From Deltaproteobacteria bacterium RIFCSPHIGHO2_02_FULL_40_28 (lineage in GTDB: Bacteria; UBA10199; 2-12-FULL-40-28), in the NCBI GenBank assembly GCA_001798135.1, contig MGRJ01000009.1:10042-74041 (forward strand): a DNA stretch of 64,000 bases, written 5' to 3'. Position numbers and translations under genes: made by a program. The notes under the pieces are model-generated. The model was not told the origin of the DNA. It saw only the letters and a program-made list of their open reading frames with translations, and searched no databases. This document shows, piece by piece, positions 36,656-46,407 of this stretch; positions within the stretch are counted from its first letter, which is position 1; every line of letters begins with the position of its first letter.

Positions 36656-39511
36656 ATGATGGATTACAAAGATACACTTAACCTTCCTAAAACTGATTTT
36701 CCCATGAAGGCCAACCTGCCAAATCGTGAACCCCAGTTTTTACAATTGTGGAAAGAAAAGGATGTTTATCAAAAAAGAACAAACCAAAATACAAACCGTC
36801 CTTCTTTTATTTTGCATGATGGGCCTCCCTACGCCAATGGGCATATTCATTTTGGCCATATTTTAAACAAGGTTTTAAAAGACATCATTGTGAAATATAA
36901 AAACATGGCAGGATTTAAAAGTATTTATATTCCAGGCTGGGATTGCCATGGGCTTCCTATAGAGCAGGGGGCTATTAAGGCACTGTATGGGGAAAAAGCG
37001 TTTCGTTTTGGTGAGGAAAACTCTGTTGCTAAAAGAGAAGCTTGCAGAAATTATGCCGTTGGTTTTATTAAGGCTCAAAAGCAAGAATTCCAACGCTTAG
37101 GTATTTTTGCTGATTGGGATCAATCCTATCTCACTTTAAGTAAAGATTATGAAGCCCAAATTGCTCGTGAGTTTTTAAAGCTCTATCTGAAGGGCTATAT
37201 TTACAGGGGTTTAAAACCAGTTTATTGGAGTTGTGCTTATCAAACGGCTTTGGCTGAAGCCGAAGTAGAATATGAAGATCACCAGTCCCCCTCTATTTAT
37301 GTTAAATTTTCCTTAGCACCCTCTAGTATTGAAAAGTTAAGTCAAAAAAACTTGGGCAAAAAAATTTCTTTTGTTATTTGGACAACTACTCCCTGGACCT
37401 TACCTGCCAATATGGCTTTAGCTCTTGGGGAACATTTTATCTACGATGCTCTCAAAATAGGTGATGAAGTTTTCATTGTAGCCAGAGAAAGGGTATCAGA
37501 ACTTCTTTCTGTGATGAAAAAAGCCGCACCTGCCGGGCAGGATGACAGGGAGGTTTTAGCCTCTTGGAATGGTGCTGAACTGGCCAAATTAAATTTAGAA
37601 TGTGACCATCCCTTCATTAAGAGATTATCCAAAATTGTCCTGAGTGCACATGTTACCTTGGAATCTGGAACAGGAGTGGTTCATATTGCTCCAGGACATG
37701 GTTTAGAAGATTATCAAGTGGGGCTTGCCTATGGCCTTGCCATTTTGAGCCCTGTTGATGCATCAGGATGTTTTGAGAAGGGAAGTTTTGATGAAGCCAG
37801 AGATGAAAATCTTAAAAAATGGGAGGGGCTTTTTGTTCGCAAAGTAAATCCTTTGATCATCGAACACTTGCTTAAAACAGGATATCTTTTAAGTGATCCC
37901 GCGCTTACCTTAAAACATAGTTATCCTTTTTGTTGGAGAAGCAAACAGCCCGTTATTTTTAGGGCTACACAGCAATGGTTTCTTTCTTTAGAACATGATG
38001 ACTTAAGGAAAAAAGCCCTGCGAACCATCACTGGGCAAGTGCGTTGGGTTCCTACATGGGGGCAAGATCGCATTTATGGAATGATAGAACAAAGACCCGA
38101 TTGGTGTTTATCGAGACAAAGAATTTGGGGTGTTCCCATTATTATTCATTATTGTAGCCAATGTGCCAAGCCTTTTCTCAATGAAAAAGCAGGTGAGATG
38201 ATTTGCCAAGCATTTGAAAAGGAAGGGGCTGATGCTTGGTGGAAAGACGACAAACCACTTCTTCCGCCTTACACAGAGTGCTCTTGTGGTTCAAAAAATT
38301 TTACCAAGGAAAAAAGTATTTTAGATGTTTGGTTTGATTCGGGTGTGTCTTATGCTCAGGTGCTCGAAAAAAATCCTGATCTTAGTTTTCCGGCAGATCT
38401 TTACTTAGAGGGATCAGATCAATATCGTGGTTGGTTTCATTCTTCTCTTCTCACTTCTCTTGCAACAAGAAATACAGCTCCGTATCGTGAAGTTCTAACC
38501 CATGGTTTTGTGGTAGATGGACAGGGGAAAAAATATTCTAAATCAGCTAAAAATTATGTTCCCCCAGATCAAATCATTGATCAATTAGGTGCAGAATTGT
38601 TGCGGCTTTGGGTTGCAGCTGAAGATTACCGAAATGACATTCGTGTTTCCCAAGAGATTATGAAAGTTTTGTCTGAGGTTTATCGTAAGATCAGAAACAC
38701 TTGCCGATTTATGTTAGGCAATCTTTCTGATTTTGATCCAGCCAAAGATTTTGTGCCTTTAAAATCAAGAACAGAAATCGATTGCTATGCCCTTGATCGC
38801 ACGGCCCGGTTGGTACAAAAAATAGTTAAGGCTTATGAAGCTTACGAGTTTCATGCTGTATTTCATGGGCTTAATCGTTTTTTTACCGTTGATATGTCTG
38901 CCTTTTATTTGGATATTCTAAAAGATCGTCTCTATTGTGGAGCTAAAAAAGGGGATTTACGGAGGTCGGCACAATCAAGCATCTACGATATTTTAATTAC
39001 TCTTATTCCTTTCATGAGCCCCATTCTTTCGTTTACTGCTGAGGAAGTTTGGCAGATGATTCCCAATAAAGTGCGGGAGCCCGATTCAGTTTTCTTGGTT
39101 GATTTAAAGACAGAACATCCTACTTGGATGGATGATGAGTTAAGCCATCGCTGGGAACGTATTGCACATATTCGTGATGAGATTTTAAAAGTTTTAGAAC
39201 AAGCGAGACAAAAAAAAGAAATAGGTCATTCGCTTGATGCTCGTGTGCTTATTACGGCTAGTGGTGAAACCTTAGCTTTTCTCAAAAAATATGAGAAAGA
39301 TTGGTCTCAAATTTTAATTACATCACAAGTGGAGCTTGTTTCTGAAATTCAAAATCCACATTATGTCAGTAAAGAAATTCCTGCTCTTTCTATTGCAGTA
39401 GAAAAAGCTCTTGGAATAAAATGTGAACGATGTTGGAATTATTCTTTGGAAGTTGGAAGTATTGAAACTCATCCCACTATTTGTGGACGTTGCCATGAGG
39501 CTGTTTTATGA
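36656..39511 (+). CDS. ileS: Isoleucine--tRNA ligase (type 1)
   Basis: DGPPYANGHIHFGH (HIGH), GWDCHGLPIE, WTTTPWT, KYSKS (KMSKS variant) and the C-terminal Zn finger CERC...CGRC. Confidence 0.98.
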   Translation: MMDYKDTLNLPKTDFPMKANLPNREPQFLQLWKEKDVYQKRTNQNTNRPSFILHDGPPYANGHIHFGHILNKVLKDIIVKYKNMAGFKSIYIPGWDCHGLPIEQGAIKALYGEKAFRFGEENSVAKREACRNYAVGFIKAQKQEFQRLGIFADWDQSYLTLSKDYEAQIAREFLKLYLKGYIYRGLKPVYWSCAYQTALAEAEVEYEDHQSPSIYVKFSLAPSSIEKLSQKNLGKKISFVIWTTTPWTLPANMALALGEHFIYDALKIGDEVFIVARERVSELLSVMKKAAPAGQDDREVLASWNGAELAKLNLECDHPFIKRLSKIVLSAHVTLESGTGVVHIAPGHGLEDYQVGLAYGLAILSPVDASGCFEKGSFDEARDENLKKWEGLFVRKVNPLIIEHLLKTGYLLSDPALTLKHSYPFCWRSKQPVIFRATQQWFLSLEHDDLRKKALRTITGQVRWVPTWGQDRIYGMIEQRPDWCLSRQRIWGVPIIIHYCSQCAKPFLNEKAGEMICQAFEKEGADAWWKDDKPLLPPYTECSCGSKNFTKEKSILDVWFDSGVSYAQVLEKNPDLSFPADLYLEGSDQYRGWFHSSLLTSLATRNTAPYREVLTHGFVVDGQGKKYSKSAKNYVPPDQIIDQLGAELLRLWVAAEDYRNDIRVSQEIMKVLSEVYRKIRNTCRFMLGNLSDFDPAKDFVPLKSRTEIDCYALDRTARLVQKIVKAYEAYEFHAVFHGLNRFFTVDMSAFYLDILKDRLYCGAKKGDLRRSAQSSIYDILITLIPFMSPILSFTAEEVWQMIPNKVREPDSVFLVDLKTEHPTWMDDELSHRWERIAHIRDEILKVLEQARQKKEIGHSLDARVLITASGETLAFLKKYEKDWSQILITSQVELVSEIQNPHYVSKEIPALSIAVEKALGIKCERCWNYSLEVGSIETHPTICGRCHEAVL

Positions 39512-39999
39512 CACGGTTTAAATATATGGTTTTATGTTTGGTTACTCCTTTTATTTTGATTTTGGATCAAATATCCAAAGCCTTTATTGTGAAATATCTT
39601 CCTCTTGGTGGAAAATTTACCATTTGGCCTTTTTTTGATATAGTGCATGTTCGAAACCGCGGAGCTGCTTTTGGAATTCTTTCTGGGTGGAATTCTCATT
39701 ATCGTGATATATTATTTTATATTTTTGCTCTTTTAGCTTTTATTTTCTTAGTGCATTACCTGATCAGTATTAAAGAAAAACATCGTTGGCAGATGTTTCC
39801 TGTTGCCATGATTTTAGGTGGTGCCTTAGGAAATGTAAGTGATCGTGTTTTTAGAGGATCGGTCGTTGATTTTCTTTCTTTCCATTGGTATGATTTGGCT
39901 TGGCCTTCTTTTAACGTGGCAGATAGCGCTATTTCTGTAGGAGTAGTGGGGCTTATGATTGCCATGATGCGCGAATCCAAAACACAAAAAGGGGTTTAA
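39508..39999 (+). CDS. lspA: Lipoprotein signal peptidase II
   Basis: DQISK, NRGAAFG, GALGNVSDR, VVDF and FNVAD motifs. Confidence 0.96.
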   Translation: MTRFKYMVLCLVTPFILILDQISKAFIVKYLPLGGKFTIWPFFDIVHVRNRGAAFGILSGWNSHYRDILFYIFALLAFIFLVHYLISIKEKHRWQMFPVAMILGGALGNVSDRVFRGSVVDFLSFHWYDLAWPSFNVADSAISVGVVGLMIAMMRESKTQKGV

Positions 40000-40787
40000 T
40001 GTTTCCTTTTATTATCCATTATAAAAATATCTACATCCCTACATTTTTTTTCATGATTATGGTCGCATCTCTTGCGACTACTTTTTATTGCTATTGGCAA
40101 GCAGGCAGAAAACACATGTCTCAAATCGCCATTCTTGATATTTCTCTTTTTGGAACCATGGTGGGTATTGTAGGAGCCAGGCTTTTTCATGTTTTTGTAG
40201 AGGCGCCCCAATATTATTGGGAAGATCCAATTCGTGTTTTTTATTTCTGGCAAGGTGGTTTTGTAGGATATGGGGCTTTTATTGGTGTTGCCCTGTCTGC
40301 CATTATTTATCTTAAAATGAAAAAATTATCCGTTTTAGAGTATGGTGATTTAGTTGCCCTGGGGTGTCCCCTGATTATCTTTTTTGTTCGTGTAGGTTGT
40401 GTGGGGGCAGGGTGTTGCTATGGAAAACCAACAGATTTTCCCATCCATTTTGTTTTTCATAATCCAGCATCTGATGGTGGGCACGATTTTCCTGGTCAAA
40501 AATTACATGCCACCCAAATTTATGACATGATGAATGCCATTTTTACTTTTATTGTTCTTCATATCGTTGATAAACGTAAAAAATTTAGTGGGCAATTAAT
40601 TCTCATTTTTTTCTCCATGTATGCCTTTTTTAGATTTTTTATTGAATTTTTAAGAGGGGATGAAGATCGGGGGGTTTATTTTAATAAAGCCATTTCCACA
40701 TCACAGATTACCGGACTTGTTATTCTTGCTATTTGTACCATTCTTTATTTTTTCTTAAGAAAAAATGGGCGACAAAAAACTTTATAA
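39999..40787 (+). CDS. lgt: Prolipoprotein diacylglyceryl transferase
   Basis: GARL, WQGG...YG, RVGC...GCCYG, HATQIY and RFFIEFLR motifs. Confidence 0.9.
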   Translation: MFPFIIHYKNIYIPTFFFMIMVASLATTFYCYWQAGRKHMSQIAILDISLFGTMVGIVGARLFHVFVEAPQYYWEDPIRVFYFWQGGFVGYGAFIGVALSAIIYLKMKKLSVLEYGDLVALGCPLIIFFVRVGCVGAGCCYGKPTDFPIHFVFHNPASDGGHDFPGQKLHATQIYDMMNAIFTFIVLHIVDKRKKFSGQLILIFFSMYAFFRFFIEFLRGDEDRGVYFNKAISTSQITGLVILAICTILYFFLRKNGRQKTL

Positions 40788-41424
40788 AGAACTCGTTTTC
40801 TTTTGGTTTATCGTGGTTTTGGCTACCCACTTGATGGTTCGTTTTTCATCATGGCCTTTTTTAAGAGATTATTCTGGTATTTTTTCAGCTTTACTCATGA
40901 TTTATCTCCCTCATTTTTCAAGGAGGTCAAAGGAAGCCCTTCTTTCCCTGGATTTAAATTGGAATAAATTTTATCTTTCTTTCAAAGACGTTTTGCTTGT
41001 TTCTTTCATTATTTTTCCGCTTTCATTTATTGTTAACCATTTCTATCAAACCTTTTTGGGCCGATATTATGTGTCAGGACTTTTTTTACATTCTTTTCTT
41101 AATCATGGGCTTTATCAAATTTTAGTTGTGGCACTTCCGGAAGAATATTTTTTTCGTTCTTATCTGCAAGAAAACCTTAATTCTTGTTGGACAAAAAAGT
41201 GGATGATAAAAGGAATCAGCTTTGGCCCGGCTCTTTTTATTACTTCTCTCGTTTTTGCCCTTTCTCATAGTTTGATTTATTTTCAATGGTGGCATGGATT
41301 TATTTTTTTCCCATCTCTTGTATTTGGACTTTTGTATGAAAAAAGGAAAACCATTACCGCTTCGGTTATTTTTCATGCTTTGTGTAATCTTTTTTCTGCT
41401 TGGGTGTTTCAGCATTACAGATAA
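40765..41424 (+). CDS. CPBP/Rce1 (CAAX-protease-like) intramembrane glutamic endopeptidase
   Basis: Polytopic protein with PEEYFFR, FALSH and HALCN motifs. Confidence 0.9.
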   Translation: MGDKKLYKELVFFWFIVVLATHLMVRFSSWPFLRDYSGIFSALLMIYLPHFSRRSKEALLSLDLNWNKFYLSFKDVLLVSFIIFPLSFIVNHFYQTFLGRYYVSGLFLHSFLNHGLYQILVVALPEEYFFRSYLQENLNSCWTKKWMIKGISFGPALFITSLVFALSHSLIYFQWWHGFIFFPSLVFGLLYEKRKTITASVIFHALCNLFSAWVFQHYR

Positions 41425-41431
41425 AGACTCC

Positions 41432-42457
41432 TCACCTGTCTGGTTGCTGCTGGGTTAGGCAGTGGCATGCCCCCAATCCAAAAACTAAATCTCTGGCAGG
41501 AATTTCAATAATTTTACGGGTAGAAAAACAAGATGCAATGATTTCTAGGGCATGCTCATCATTTTTATCTTGGAAGGTAGGCACTAAAACAACCTTGTTA
41601 CCGATGTAAAAATTAGCATAAGAGGCTGGAAGTCTTACTCCTTGATTGATTACAGGTTTGGGCATGGGAAGAAGGATAATTTCTAAAGAACGATTTTCGG
41701 CATCTTTCATTTTTTCTAAGAGTTTAATATTTGTACGAAGAGGAATATAGTTTGCATCTGAAGTATGATCTTCAATAATGCTGATCACTTTTCCTGGAGC
41801 TACAAAGCGGGTTAAATCATCGATGTGGCCATCGGTATCATCCCCTACAATTCCATCTTTAAGCCATAAGATTTTTTTAACACCTAAATTGTCATAAAGA
41901 ATTTTTTCAATTTGATTTTTTTTGAGATGAGGATTTCGATTGGGATTTAAAAGACAGGATTCTGTTGTAAGGAGGGTTCCGCAGCCGTCTGCCTCTATGG
42001 ATCCTCCCTCTAAAATCATTCCAGGTGAAAATTTTTTAAATTCAAGAAATTGAGCAATCCGGGATGGAATTTTTTCATCTAAATCCCATGGAGGGTACTT
42101 TCCTCCCCACATATTAAAGCCCCAATGAATGAGAGCTAGCTCGGATGCATTTTTAACAAAAGTGGGGCCGTAATCCCTGATCCAACTGTCATTGGTTGGA
42201 AAAGAATGAATGGTAAAATTTTGAACACCTTCATCTGTTAAAAGTTTTTGGATCTTTTGAGGATTAAGATTGTGGTTGATGTTGATATGAACATGCTCTC
42301 CTAGAGACAAGGCTTTAACCATTTCTACATAAACTTTTTCTATCTGGGGAAGTTTGCCAGGCCAGGTTTCTGGATTATGTGGCCAGGTAAGCCATGTAGC
42401 CTGATGAGTTTCCCATTCTGCAGGCATGGTAAATCCAAGCTCGGTGGGGGTATTCAT
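41432..42457 (-). CDS. aguA: Agmatine deiminase family protein
   Basis: MPAEWE, WIRDYGP, LEGGSI, DTDGHID, ASYANF and GACHCLTQQ motifs. Confidence 0.93.
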   Translation of the reverse strand: MNTPTELGFTMPAEWETHQATWLTWPHNPETWPGKLPQIEKVYVEMVKALSLGEHVHININHNLNPQKIQKLLTDEGVQNFTIHSFPTNDSWIRDYGPTFVKNASELALIHWGFNMWGGKYPPWDLDEKIPSRIAQFLEFKKFSPGMILEGGSIEADGCGTLLTTESCLLNPNRNPHLKKNQIEKILYDNLGVKKILWLKDGIVGDDTDGHIDDLTRFVAPGKVISIIEDHTSDANYIPLRTNIKLLEKMKDAENRSLEIILLPMPKPVINQGVRLPASYANFYIGNKVVLVPTFQDKNDEHALEIIASCFSTRKIIEIPARDLVFGLGACHCLTQQQPDR

Positions 42458-43329
42458 GTTTTTGTTTGAGTTAAAGGTTTGAAAGAATCAGAACGGCGGC
42501 AATCAAGAAAGGGCCAATCATTTTGCACTTCTTGGATGAGGTCTAGATCGCAATTGACTATAAGAGTTTCTTCCTTATCGTGCGAAGCTTGGGTTAAAAT
42601 TTTTCCAAAAGGGCCACAGAAAAAAGAGCCTCCCCAAAAATCAATTTGATTTTCTTTTCCACATCGGTTGGTAACACCAACAAATACTGTATTGGCAATG
42701 GCATGAGATCTTTGAATGGTAACCCAAGCCTCAAATTCAATTTTTCCCTGGGATGTTTTACTTTCCTCCCCAGGCCATCCAATGGAAGTGGGATAAAAAA
42801 TAATTTGAGCTCCCTTTACCGCTAACATTCTTGCGGCTTCAGGATACCATTGGTCCCAACATACTAAAACTCCAATTTTCCCATAAATGGTTTCAAACAC
42901 AGGATAGCCCAGATCTCCTGGTGTAAAGTAATACATCTCAGAATAATGATTTTTTAAATCATCGGGGATGTGCATTTTTCGATATTTGCCTAAAAGTTTC
43001 CCTTCCTGATCTATCACAATGGCTGTGTTGTAATAATGGGTTTCCTCTTTTTCAAAAAGAGAAGCAATAAGTACCACCTTATTTTGCTTGGCACATTGGG
43101 CTAATTTTTCAGTTGTAGGTCCTGGAATATTTTCTGCCAGTGAAAAATATTTTTGATTATTGGTTTGGCAAAAATAAAGGGATGAAAAAAGTTCTTGAAG
43201 ACAAACAATATGAGCACCTTTTGAAGCTGCTTCTTGAATGCGAGAGATGGCTTTGTTTAAATTGGCATCCACATTCTCCTCACCTGTCATTTGAACAAGG
43301 CCAACAGAAATTTTATTTTGTTTCAGCAT
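42454..43329 (-). CDS. aguB: N-carbamoylputrescine amidase (carbon-nitrogen hydrolase)
   Basis: LQELF, YRKMHIP, VCWDQWYPE and QRSHAIAN motifs; overlaps aguA. Confidence 0.9.
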   Translation of the reverse strand: MLKQNKISVGLVQMTGEENVDANLNKAISRIQEAASKGAHIVCLQELFSSLYFCQTNNQKYFSLAENIPGPTTEKLAQCAKQNKVVLIASLFEKEETHYYNTAIVIDQEGKLLGKYRKMHIPDDLKNHYSEMYYFTPGDLGYPVFETIYGKIGVLVCWDQWYPEAARMLAVKGAQIIFYPTSIGWPGEESKTSQGKIEFEAWVTIQRSHAIANTVFVGVTNRCGKENQIDFWGGSFFCGPFGKILTQASHDKEETLIVNCDLDLIQEVQNDWPFLDCRRSDSFKPLTQTKT

Positions 43330-43484
43330 ACACTTGTATTATTTTTACAATGTTATTTTTGTACGCGCCATCATTTTTTTATAAAAGGAATTTCTTTTGA
43401 GATTGTACACTTGCGGAATTTTCGCTACCATTGTAATAAATTATAATAAATGAGTGTCTTGATAGCCATCCTGCTCATAAAATT

Positions 43485-44315
43485 ATGTTGAACACTATAA
43501 CTGCAGAAGATACAAAAGAAAAAATTGTTCATTCTCCATACTTTGAGGCAGACAATCTTTTGATATACAAAGACGATATTTTAAAAATTACCTCAATCCC
43601 AAACAGCTCAGTTGATTTGATTGTTACTTCGCCTCCCTATAATGTAGATATTCACTATAATTCTCACGCTGACAATTTAACTTATGAGAATTATTTAGAA
43701 TTTACCCAAAAATGGATCAAAAAATGTTTTGATTTAGCAAAAAATGAGGGGCGATTTTTGCTGAATATCCCTCTGGATAAAAATAAAGGTGGCCAAAAGT
43801 CTGTTGGAGCAGATTTTACACAAATCGCAAAAGATATTGGTTGGAAATATCACTCAACGATTATTTGGAATGAAGGAAATATATCTCGCCGTACCGCGTG
43901 GGGTTCCTTTATGTCCGCTTCTGCCCCTTATGTTATTGCTCCAGTAGAATTGATATTAGTTTTGTATAAAGATAGTTGGAAAAAAACGGGTGGTAGTAGG
44001 AAGAATGATATTACCAAACAAGAGTTTATGGATTGGACAAACGGTATTTGGACATTTAACGGCCAAAGTAAAAAAGGAGCTGGTGGACACCCGGCGCCGT
44101 TTCCAATTGAATTGCCTAGGCGATGTATAAAATTATTTAGCTTTATAGGTGATACTATTTTAGATCCATTTTTAGGTAGTGGTTCAACATTGATTGCTTC
44201 TTACATGCATGGAAGAAAGGGAATTGGTGTTGAAATTGATGAAAAATATTGCAATATCGCCATGGATCGATTGCAATGGGAAACAAAATTAAACGAATTA
44301 CCTTTATTGGAATAA
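43485..44315 (+). CDS. Beta-class N4/N6 DNA methyltransferase
   Basis: TSPPY precedes HPAPFP and LDPFLGSGST. Confidence 0.93.
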   Translation: MLNTITAEDTKEKIVHSPYFEADNLLIYKDDILKITSIPNSSVDLIVTSPPYNVDIHYNSHADNLTYENYLEFTQKWIKKCFDLAKNEGRFLLNIPLDKNKGGQKSVGADFTQIAKDIGWKYHSTIIWNEGNISRRTAWGSFMSASAPYVIAPVELILVLYKDSWKKTGGSRKNDITKQEFMDWTNGIWTFNGQSKKGAGGHPAPFPIELPRRCIKLFSFIGDTILDPFLGSGSTLIASYMHGRKGIGVEIDEKYCNIAMDRLQWETKLNELPLLE

Positions 44316-44316
44316 T

Positions 44317-44916
44317 GTGTCACAGGACAATAAAAAATCTAATCATCTCCAAAAAGATCTAGTCGTTGAGTTTTTTAGAAAAAATCAAAAACGAGATATT
44401 AAACACCCTGAAGTTGTTGATTGGGTGGTGGCAACCTACAGGAAGAGAACGGGAAATGTTTTTCGTGATCCTGATAGAGCTATCCGTCATTTAGCCCAAA
44501 GTGGGTTTTTAATCAAAATAGCGAAAGGAATTTATAGATACGATCCTGAAAAAGTGAATCAGCGAGAGCTTTATGATTTTACTTCCGCACAAAAAAAGGA
44601 AATTCTTGAACGAGATGGGTTCAAATGTGTTGTTTGTGGAAAAGGATTAAAGGATGGTATTGATTTACATGTTGATCATATCAAGCCAAAGGATTTCGGA
44701 GGCGAAGCAACGATAGTAAATGGCCAAGTACTTTGTTCACAGCATAACTTCATCAAGAAAAATTTTAAGCAAACTGAAACTGGCAAGAAAATGTTCATTC
44801 GCCTTTATGAATTAGCCAAAAGTGAGAAGAACGAAGAATTGATGAGATTTTGTGCAGATCTTTTGGGAACTTACCAAAAATACAACATAAATGGACATAT
44901 TGTTTGGAAAAAATAA
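44317..44916 (+). CDS. HNH endonuclease, probable restriction partner of the MTase
   Basis: RDGFKCVVCG...HVDHIKP...GG...NGQVLC..HN; begins 1 nt after the MTase stop. Confidence 0.85.
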   Translation: MSQDNKKSNHLQKDLVVEFFRKNQKRDIKHPEVVDWVVATYRKRTGNVFRDPDRAIRHLAQSGFLIKIAKGIYRYDPEKVNQRELYDFTSAQKKEILERDGFKCVVCGKGLKDGIDLHVDHIKPKDFGGEATIVNGQVLCSQHNFIKKNFKQTETGKKMFIRLYELAKSEKNEELMRFCADLLGTYQKYNINGHIVWKK

Positions 44917-44976
44917 TGGGAGGGAATATAAATCTTTTATGGACAATACTCCAAATTTAGTATTAAAATATGGAGT

Positions 44977-46146
44977 ATGTTTCATAGAATCATAACCCCA
45001 TTGAAATCATCCAGTTTTTTTCTGTTTGGTGCCAGAGGAACCGGTAAAACAAGCTTTTTAAAGCAGTTTTTTCATACTGACGCCACTTATTGGGTGGATT
45101 TGTTGGAACCGGAAATAGAGACGCTTTTCAGTAAAAATCCCTCGCAACTCAAGCAGGGAATTCTTGCCAAACCCAAAACAAAATGGGTGATACTGGATGA
45201 AATACAAAAAGTCCCCAAACTTTTGGATGTGGTGCATCAACTCATTGAATCCACCAAAATCAAATTTGCCCTCACGGGTTCGAGTGCGCGCAAACTCAAG
45301 AGAGGTGGGGCCAATCTTTTGGCCGGAAGGGCTTTTTTAAACACGCTTTATCCGCTAACTTTTTTGGAGTTGGGTACCACTTTTGATTTGGTCCAGTCCT
45401 TGAAATGGGGTGGATTGCCAAAAATATATTCACTGACAACAGACGACGAAAAAAAAAGTTATCTTAAAACTTATGCTCATACTTACCTCAAAGAAGAAAT
45501 CATGACTGAGCAAATTATTCGTAGGCTTGATCCTTTTCGTTGTTTTTTGGAAACAGCTTCCCAGGGAAACGGTGAAATCATCAACTACAGCAACATTGCC
45601 AAAGATGTTGGAGCAGATACCAAAACGGTACAATCGTATTACCAGATTTTAGAAGATACACTGATTGGGTTCCATCTGCCGGCTTATCATAAATCAATTC
45701 GCAAACAGCAGCGGCACAACCCCAAATTTTATTTTTTTGACACCGGTGTTAAAAGAGCTTTGGACAACACATTAACCATGGAATTACTCCCAAACACCTA
45801 TGCTTTTGGCAAAGCGTTTGAGCATTTTCTGATAATTGAATTGATTCGTCTGAATGATTACTACCACAAAGATTTTCGTTTTTTTTATTTGAGAACCCAA
45901 AACCAGCTTGAAATTGATTTGATTGTGGAACGGCCAGGTTTGCCCACGGCACTCATTGAAATAAAATCTGCCTCACAAGTTGATGAGCGCGATACAAAAA
46001 CAGTACAACTTTTTCTCAATGATTTTAAAAAGGCAGAAGGATTTTGCATGTCCAACGATCCTAAACCAAAATTGATCGATGGTATTCATTGCTTACCCTG
46101 GCAAGAAGGCTTGCAAAAAATATTTTCTGCACCACGAAAAAAGTGA
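44977..46146 (+). CDS. AAA+ ATPase with DUF4143 and a C-terminal PD-(D/E)xK-like domain
   Basis: [27 protein letters not shown] and EIDLIV...IEIK motifs. Confidence 0.9.
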   Translation: MFHRIITPLKSSSFFLFGARGTGKTSFLKQFFHTDATYWVDLLEPEIETLFSKNPSQLKQGILAKPKTKWVILDEIQKVPKLLDVVHQLIESTKIKFALTGSSARKLKRGGANLLAGRAFLNTLYPLTFLELGTTFDLVQSLKWGGLPKIYSLTTDDEKKSYLKTYAHTYLKEEIMTEQIIRRLDPFRCFLETASQGNGEIINYSNIAKDVGADTKTVQSYYQILEDTLIGFHLPAYHKSIRKQQRHNPKFYFFDTGVKRALDNTLTMELLPNTYAFGKAFEHFLIIELIRLNDYYHKDFRFFYLRTQNQLEIDLIVERPGLPTALIEIKSASQVDERDTKTVQLFLNDFKKAEGFCMSNDPKPKLIDGIHCLPWQEGLQKIFSAPRKK

Positions 46147-46155
46147 ATAAAATAA

Positions 46156-46240
46156 TGGTGCCCAGGGCGGGAATCGAACCCGCACGGGTTTCCCCATACG
46201 CCCCTTAAGCGTACGTGTCTGCCAGTTCCACCACCTGGGC
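46156..46240 (-). tRNA. tRNA-Leu with anticodon AAG, CCA encoded
   Basis: Minus strand GCCCAGG...CCTGGGC-A-CCA; anticodon arm TACGC-TTAAGGG-GCGTA; long variable arm GGGGAAACCC; T-loop GGTTCGATTCC. Confidence 0.93.
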
Positions 46241-46254
46241 TTTCGGATTTTGTA

Positions 46255-46380
46255 TGCAGGGCATCTATCCCAAAGGGACCCCTTCGGGGCTGCGTTGCCT
46301 TTCTCTCGGCGCTCCTTGCGGCGTACCTTTAAGTACGCCTCAGTCGGCCTCGTTCAGGCGCCTTGTATCTGCCCCACCTC
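46255..46380. repeat. GC-rich MITE-like palindromic element between secG and tRNA-Leu
   Basis: Central hairpin GGCGTAC-CTTTAA-GTACGCC and hairpin CCCC-TTC-GGGG, much more GC-rich than the flanks. Confidence 0.55.
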
Positions 46381-46407
46381 CAAAATCCTTCCTAAAAAAG
46401 TTTTTAA

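Noticed and set aside
43330-43484. att-site duplication of the tRNA-Leu 3' end bounding the defence islet
   Set aside because: I saw no copy of TGGTGCCCAGGG and no integrase in the window.
46201-46210. Reading the tRNA as Leu(TAA)
   Set aside because: Centring TAA in a 7-nt loop breaks the anticodon stem (GTACG/GGCGT). Only the AAG register pairs 5/5.
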